A stretch of 64,000 bases of DNA, taken from the NCBI GenBank assembly GCA_964106645.2, contig OZ067040.1. One strand, given 5' to 3'. Each line of letters opens with the position of its first letter. The first letter of the stretch is position 1. Below the pieces are notes generated by a model, which did no database searches, was not told where the DNA came from, and saw only the letters and a program-made list of their open reading frames with translations. The position numbers and the translations under genes are program-made. Below, in pieces: positions 63,245 to 64,000 of this stretch. The DNA is from Podarcis pityusensis (taxonomy: Eukaryota).

Positions 63245-64000
63245 TGTTGAACGCTAAATTGGAACAAATTGGGTCCTCCCTTAAAGAGGGCACGAGTTGC
63301 GGTGAGACCTGGCAACCAAACCCTGTGTTGTGGATGGGTCGATTGATTAGCCACAACGCCCAATTGGTAGGTCCCTTGATGCTGGGTTTAATCAGGCCAA
63401 TGGGACGCAAGCTAAATGGATCAAGGGACCTATATATACCTATGCACGTGACTCAGAGCTTCCTCTTTCGGTGCATGCATCGGAACACCTGCCCACCTCT
63501 CCCTATATTTAGGGCTGTGTGCTTGACCTTGCTATGCCGTCGTGTGTCGTCTGTCGTTGGGACAGGGGCACGGCAGGAATTTTCCCCACTTGGCTGATTG
63601 GCTGGTGCCATTTGGGTTTCGCCTGCTGAATAGCAAATCGTCACAACTTGTAAGGTTGCGGATAGGCTCTGGTTCAGGTGATAGGGATGGGAGAACACTC
63701 TCGCCATCCCTATGAGAAGGGTATTCCAGTAAAGGAATCCAGGAACTCGATGGTTTGGTCAACCCCTGTGAGGGGGTTGTGCCCGTGCCTGAGTCCAGGG
63801 GGGCATTTGGGTGGTGGACATAGCCTGTTCCCAGCTTTCCGCTTATCCAGGTGTTCACCCTAGGCTGACCTATGCTGGTGTCCTGGGTCAACGCTACCTG
63901 CAATGGTGCAGGGAGCTAGTCAAACCAGAGCCTATGCAACCATTCATTTGCTGTAATCAATAAAGTTGTGGCCTAAATTCTGCCAAAAACCAAACCGAAA
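63245..64000 (+). mobile_element. LTR-like interspersed repeat, copy 2 (runs off the window end)
   Basis: Homologous to the reverse complement of about 5040-5776; ggccaatg about 63396, tatatata about 63431, aataaa about 63959. Confidence 0.8.

Overview
Vertebrate (squamate, most likely lacertid lizard, judged from the Sauria SINE, L2 tail and MITE families) genomic DNA, not microbial. The only protein-coding host sequence I can support is the last coding exon of TFAP2B (AP-2 beta; 10297-10597, + strand). It is preceded by more than 10 kb of TE-filled last intron and followed by a probably very long 3' UTR (to about 20430). Next comes an approximately 8 kb CpG-retaining domain (about 20600-28450), an assembly gap (28817-29028) and about 35 kb of gene desert. 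The desert holds L1, L2, CR1, SINE, hAT, Tc1/mariner, Harbinger-like and LTR-like remnants, plus several enhancer-like unique blocks. Almost all ORFs in the track are spurious. I found no convincing previously undescribed system. The best leads are regulatory: a long 3' UTR with a Pumilio/ARE/miRNA-dense end, an AP-2 site cluster just downstream of the gene, a hypomethylated domain recorded in TE CpG retention, decayed hammerhead-ribozyme motifs in Penelope-like ends, and antisense LTR-like inserts in the intron. Family names and cross-species comparisons are from memory and were not checked by search.
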